DNA of 64,000 nucleotides, from the NCBI GenBank assembly GCA_963832745.1, contig CAWHVC010000003.1, positions 640,001 through 704,000 of the forward strand, given 5' to 3'. The notes below the pieces were generated by a model. It ran no database searches. It was not told the DNA's origin and saw only the letters and a program-made list of their open reading frames with translations. Below, piece by piece: positions 59,860 through 64,000 of this stretch. Each line of letters starts with the position of its first letter. Positions within the stretch are counted from its first letter, which is position 1. The position numbers and the translations under genes were made by a program. The DNA comes from Candidatus Bathyarchaeota archaeon (GTDB lineage Archaea; Thermoproteota; Bathyarchaeia; Bathyarchaeales; Bathycorpusculaceae).

Positions 59860-60393
59860 ATGGGTCACACTATGGCGGCTTGGAAAACTCTTGAAGACCT
59901 CCTAATCGAGTTGCGCACTAAAAACGTGCAGATTCCAGTGAACGTCCTTGAGGATTTGAGGGCAGCAAGGTCCATGATTGAATTGTCCTGCAAAGAAGGC
60001 GTCCATGGAGAAGCTGTAGCGAAGGCTGAAGAGTACACTGCCAACGTTGAAGCCTACCTGATAACTAAAGCTCAAGAAGTTTTAGAGCCAAAAGAAGTTG
60101 ATGGATGGTTTAAACGCCTTGAAGCTGCAAACGCACCCTCAGTCTGTATTGTCGGGCAAGAGGCAATGGATAACGGCAAAAAGTTTGTAGTTGGTGTTCC
60201 GCGAGGCCAGAAATGGATTCGCATTGAAACAGACAGTAAGTTCCCTGAGGAATATATCTTCAAATTGGCTGAGAAATACAATTTGACAGTTAACAAGCAG
60301 GCTGATGGACGCCTTATAGTGTATGGTCAACCGGACGATGTTAAAGCGTTCGTTAAACAAGTTGCCGCTGAAACAGCTCCACCGAAGCCCTAA
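59860..60393 (+). CDS. DUF2096 family archaeal protein
   Basis: WKTLEDLLIELR...DLRAARSMI, FVVGVPRGQKWIRI. Confidence 0.78.
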   Translation: MGHTMAAWKTLEDLLIELRTKNVQIPVNVLEDLRAARSMIELSCKEGVHGEAVAKAEEYTANVEAYLITKAQEVLEPKEVDGWFKRLEAANAPSVCIVGQEAMDNGKKFVVGVPRGQKWIRIETDSKFPEEYIFKLAEKYNLTVNKQADGRLIVYGQPDDVKAFVKQVAAETAPPKP

Positions 60394-60565
60394 TTTACAT
60401 TTTTCTTGTTTTCTGCACTCATTGTTTTTTACGGTCAAATTGTGTTGTCCGGTTAAAGCTTATTAAATCGTAAACCTATCAAACGTGATAAGCAGAAAAC
60501 ATTAAGAGGCAAAATTTGTGCCTACTTGCCCATACCCTAAACCTGTTTCAGGAGAAAAATGTTAA

Positions 60566-61939
60566 TTGATTTTGTTAATGACCACTGCGCCGCCTTCTAA
60601 CGCTCCATGGTTTCATGGAAAAAGGCTTCCACCCCTTGGACTAATGTATGTTGCCGCTGCACTCGAAAAAGCAGGCTATGAAGTGCAGATGCTTGATAAT
60701 TACCTAATGCAGCAAAGCACCCAAGAAGTTCAGCAGTTAGCGCTTAAACTTCAACCAGCTATAGTTGGCATAACCTGTGGAAGCGCTACATACAAAAAAT
60801 GCGTAGAAACCGCAAAAGCCATAAAACAAGTGGTGCCCAACTGCAAAATAGTTGTTGGCGGATGGCATGCGTCTTACATGCCTGAAAGTCTACTGGAAAC
60901 CCCTGAGATTGATTACGCGGTTATGGGTGAAGGTGAACGTGCAATTGTGGAGCTTGCCGCTTTCATAATGAAAGGCGACACTATTGGAGCATCTACAGTT
61001 GCCGGAGTAGTCTCCAGAAGCACATCAGGCGTCATAAAGAACGAATGTAAATTCATGAACATGGACGAGTTACCTTTCCCAGCCCGACACCTTTTGCCAC
61101 TTGAAAAGTATGACCGTAACATCGAATTCTTAAAAGCCAAACCAGCCGACATAATGAGCATCAGCCGAGGTTGCACCTTTAGTTGCGGTTTCTGTGAAAC
61201 CAAAAAATTGTGGGGAAACATCAACCGTCAATTCAGCCCCCAACGTGTCATGGCAGAAGTAAACGACCTTGTCGCCAAATACGGTACAAGAGGCATCTAT
61301 TTTATCAACGACAACTTTACCATGCGCAAAAACCAAACCGCTGAACTCTGCGATTTAATGATTAAAAGTAAACTGGACCTTGAATGGGTCTGCGATACCA
61401 GAGTTAACCTTGTAGATCAAGAAATCCTAAACAAAATGGCGTCTGCAGGCTGCAAAACCATATGGTTCGGCGTAGAATCTGGCTCCCAAAAGGTTCTTGA
61501 CCACATTAATAGAGGCATAACGCTTGAGCAAACTGAAGAGGCTTTCAAGATGTGCCGAAAAGCAGGAATCCAAGTAGCCTGCTCCTTCATGTTAGGTATG
61601 CCAAGCGAAACCAAAGAAGACTTAATGGCGTCATACCGTTTTGCAGACAAACTTGACGCTGACTGGTGCCAATTCAACGTCTTCATCGCTTATCCCGACA
61701 GCCCACTTTGGCGTGAAATGCTTGAAACAGGCAAATACACACAGCTGGACGATTTTCTTTACAGTTACAAAACCGACGAATTCGACTACGACGAGTTGAT
61801 GCGAATACAGAAACAGTTCTTCAGAGACTACCACCGAGCGCCAAAACGAATCCTAAAACGTATCCAACGCGAAGGCGTCCTAAACTTTGCCAAACGCCGG
61901 CTCCACCCAACCCCAGTTGACAACGCAGGCATGGCTTAG
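60566..61939 (+). CDS. B12-binding radical SAM enzyme
   Basis: PPLGLMYVAA, GGWHAS, GEGE, SRGCTFSCGFC, GVESG. Confidence 0.9.
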   Translation: MILLMTTAPPSNAPWFHGKRLPPLGLMYVAAALEKAGYEVQMLDNYLMQQSTQEVQQLALKLQPAIVGITCGSATYKKCVETAKAIKQVVPNCKIVVGGWHASYMPESLLETPEIDYAVMGEGERAIVELAAFIMKGDTIGASTVAGVVSRSTSGVIKNECKFMNMDELPFPARHLLPLEKYDRNIEFLKAKPADIMSISRGCTFSCGFCETKKLWGNINRQFSPQRVMAEVNDLVAKYGTRGIYFINDNFTMRKNQTAELCDLMIKSKLDLEWVCDTRVNLVDQEILNKMASAGCKTIWFGVESGSQKVLDHINRGITLEQTEEAFKMCRKAGIQVACSFMLGMPSETKEDLMASYRFADKLDADWCQFNVFIAYPDSPLWREMLETGKYTQLDDFLYSYKTDEFDYDELMRIQKQFFRDYHRAPKRILKRIQREGVLNFAKRRLHPTPVDNAGMA

Positions 61940-61951
61940 GCAGGAAAGACG

Positions 61952-63037
61952 ATGCAGAAGCGAAGGCTTGGACGAACAAACCTTCAAGTATCCATCGTTG
62001 GCTTCGGCGGAACATGGATATCTGAAATAGACAAGCCAACCGCTACAGCCGTTGTCCAAAAAGCGTTTGAGTCTGGCATTAACTTTTTTGACACCGCCCG
62101 CTGGGACGGAGACAGCGAAGAAAAAATCGGGGTTGCCCTAAAAGACGTCCGTGACCAATGCGTTATCGCTACGAAAACGGGTTCTCGCACCAAAAAGGAG
62201 TCGCTTGAAGACTTCAAAAACAGCCTTAAACTTCTTCAAACAGGCCACGTAGACATCATTCAACTTCACGGTATCGACGACGAGAAAACTCTTGATAAGG
62301 CTATGGGTCCTGATGGTGCACTGCAAACCTGCAAAGAAGCACAAAAAGAAGGCTTAGCCACTTTTATCGGCATAACAGGGCACAAACCCAACGTTTTAAC
62401 TAAGGCAATCAAGACAGGCGAATTCGATACGGTGCTTGTTCCACTCAATGTCGTAACTCGTCAGGCTGAAGAGACGCTTTTGCCAGCTGCCAAAGCCCTT
62501 GACGTCGGCGTTGTAGCTATGAAGCCTCTGTCAGCAAAAACCTCTAACCTCATCACCTGCCTGTATCAGCCTTCGCTTTCGCTGGTTTCTGAAGAACCCG
62601 AACTTAAAGTGCTCCTTGGGCAAACCAGCGCCGAAATGGTTTCTAGCCTGCTCAGATACAACTTGTCAAAGAACATTGCTTCCACGATTCCGGGTTTACG
62701 GTCAATTGCCGAAGTTGAAACAGCTGCTAAAGCAGGACAAAACTATCAAGGCTTAACCCTGCAGGAACAAAAACATTTCAGTTTCCAACTTGGCAAGTAC
62801 TGCCGTGACTGCGGTTTGTGCATGCCTTGCCCAGAAAAAGTAAACATCCCTGCTACACTGCGCTTTGAATCATTCTTTTCAGTTTACGGCTTAAAGAATT
62901 GGGCGCGTAAACTTTATGGCGGATTGGAAGTTAAAGCCGACAAATGCACAAACTGTGGTGAATGCCAACAAAAATGTCCCTACAACCTGCCCATAGAAAG
63001 CATGCTTAGAGAAACACATGAAAAGTTAACTGCCTAA
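61952..63037 (+). CDS. Aldo/keto reductase with C-terminal 4Fe-4S dicluster
   Basis: GINFFDTA, IATKT, IQLHG, AMKPL, CRDCGLCMPCP, CTNCGECQQKCP. Confidence 0.9.
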   Translation: MQKRRLGRTNLQVSIVGFGGTWISEIDKPTATAVVQKAFESGINFFDTARWDGDSEEKIGVALKDVRDQCVIATKTGSRTKKESLEDFKNSLKLLQTGHVDIIQLHGIDDEKTLDKAMGPDGALQTCKEAQKEGLATFIGITGHKPNVLTKAIKTGEFDTVLVPLNVVTRQAEETLLPAAKALDVGVVAMKPLSAKTSNLITCLYQPSLSLVSEEPELKVLLGQTSAEMVSSLLRYNLSKNIASTIPGLRSIAEVETAAKAGQNYQGLTLQEQKHFSFQLGKYCRDCGLCMPCPEKVNIPATLRFESFFSVYGLKNWARKLYGGLEVKADKCTNCGECQQKCPYNLPIESMLRETHEKLTA

Positions 63038-63741
63038 TTCTTTTGGAATAGGCAAATGAATGTTGCTGTTGGCGCACCCCATTCTGGCGAGAACGTTTTT
63101 GACTGCAGCAGAGTGAATTTTTTGCCAAGCATATGCTGGAACCGTTCCGTGGTAAACCAGTTCTTGTGCGCATCATAACGCAATCCTTCGATGCCTTCAG
63201 GCGCTTCCAAAATCAACAAGCCCTTAGGTTTCAGAACACGGTAGGCGTCGTCAAGGAACTTTTGAGGATTCCAAAGGTGCTCAACCACTTCTGAAGCTAA
63301 AACCACATCGAAAGTTTCTGGTATGAACGCCAAGTTTTCAGCATCCCCCGAAAAAACACTGGAAACGTGCCGTTTGTGAGCCATTGGTGTGATTGTTGGC
63401 AAATCGAAGCCTGTTACTGTGTTGCCTTGTTTTGCGATGGGTTCGCTTAAGACTCCGTCGCCGCAACCGACATCAAGAACCATCAAGTTTTTTCCGCCCC
63501 TGCTTATCATTTCAAGGAAAACTTGGATTCTTGCCTGATTTAGTGGCCTTGCGTAGGATACGGCTGTGCTGTGTTGGAATGCGGCTGTGTAGGTGTCGTA
63601 TTTTTGCCATTCAATCCAGCCTTCTCTACTGGTGTTTCTGTGGCGGTAAAGCGTTTCACGTATGATAAGATGCTGAATCTGCTTTGGATTCCGGAGAAGC
63701 CACATTATACCGTGAATGTGGTTTTTGATGCCGCTTGACAT
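63034..63741 (-). CDS. Class I SAM-dependent methyltransferase
   Basis: VLDVGCGDG, FDVVLASEVVEHL, RVLKPKG. Confidence 0.88.
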   Translation of the reverse strand: MSSGIKNHIHGIMWLLRNPKQIQHLIIRETLYRHRNTSREGWIEWQKYDTYTAAFQHSTAVSYARPLNQARIQVFLEMISRGGKNLMVLDVGCGDGVLSEPIAKQGNTVTGFDLPTITPMAHKRHVSSVFSGDAENLAFIPETFDVVLASEVVEHLWNPQKFLDDAYRVLKPKGLLILEAPEGIEGLRYDAHKNWFTTERFQHMLGKKFTLLQSKTFSPEWGAPTATFICLFQKN

Positions 63742-64000
63742 TGGCTTCTAAATTGATTAACTCTAATTTAAGGCTTACAGCATCAAAACAAAACTCGAAA
63801 ACCATCTGGAAACAGCAGACAAAAATTCTACACAGCAACCGTTCTTTTTGATTCTTACTGCTTAAGTCGCAAATCGTTGACTAAGTACCCTCTTTACGTG
63901 AAATCCCTGCAGTTTTTGCTCATTCACTGTTTCTCCCAGCAAAAAGCCTTAATCAAAAACCTATATTAATCAAAATAGCCCATCTATCAAACGAAATATA

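Noticed and set aside
63850-63905. Possible further degenerate left half of the repeat
   Set aside because: Similarity to copy C is patchy and needs gaps; not listed as a feature until scored with a profile.
1-64000. Short ORFs overlapping assigned genes; tRNA, rRNA, transposase or integrase genes
   Set aside because: The short ORFs are antisense or out-of-frame shadows without motifs; no RNA genes or mobility enzymes were recognised by eye.

Overview
Archaeal chromosomal segment, most likely Bathyarchaeia (inferred from gene content and surface-protein families; not verified by search). A housekeeping backbone (alba, serS, rps3ae, moaE, cofD, sua5, thermosome, thyA, superoxide reductase) is interleaved with: (i) late cobamide assembly/salvage genes scattered over four sites (cobT-cobS-cobY, cbiB, cobD, a second diverged cobS-cobY pair, cobZ); (ii) a putative membrane-lipid tailoring cluster at 31.5-45.5 kb (DGGGP synthase-like UbiA, tetraether synthase Tes, a radical SAM/SPASM enzyme, an NDP-sugar epimerase, five glycosyltransferases); (iii) six radical SAM enzymes in all, two of them B12-binding; (iv) a GT4/glycosidase/GH130 locus and a small stress/metal locus; (v) several mostly AT-rich, singly inserted cell-surface protein genes. 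The most novel signal is non-coding: a ~100-270 bp dispersed repeat built from several short palindromes (5 clear and 2-3 degenerate copies). It brackets or adjoins the surface-protein genes and occurs once alone, which suggests a cassette-like insertion/exchange system. Also noted: an AT-rich island with a small secreted archaeocin-like protein, three single-base frameshifts and two genes missed by the ORF track. No rRNA, tRNA, CRISPR array, transposase or integrase was recognised.
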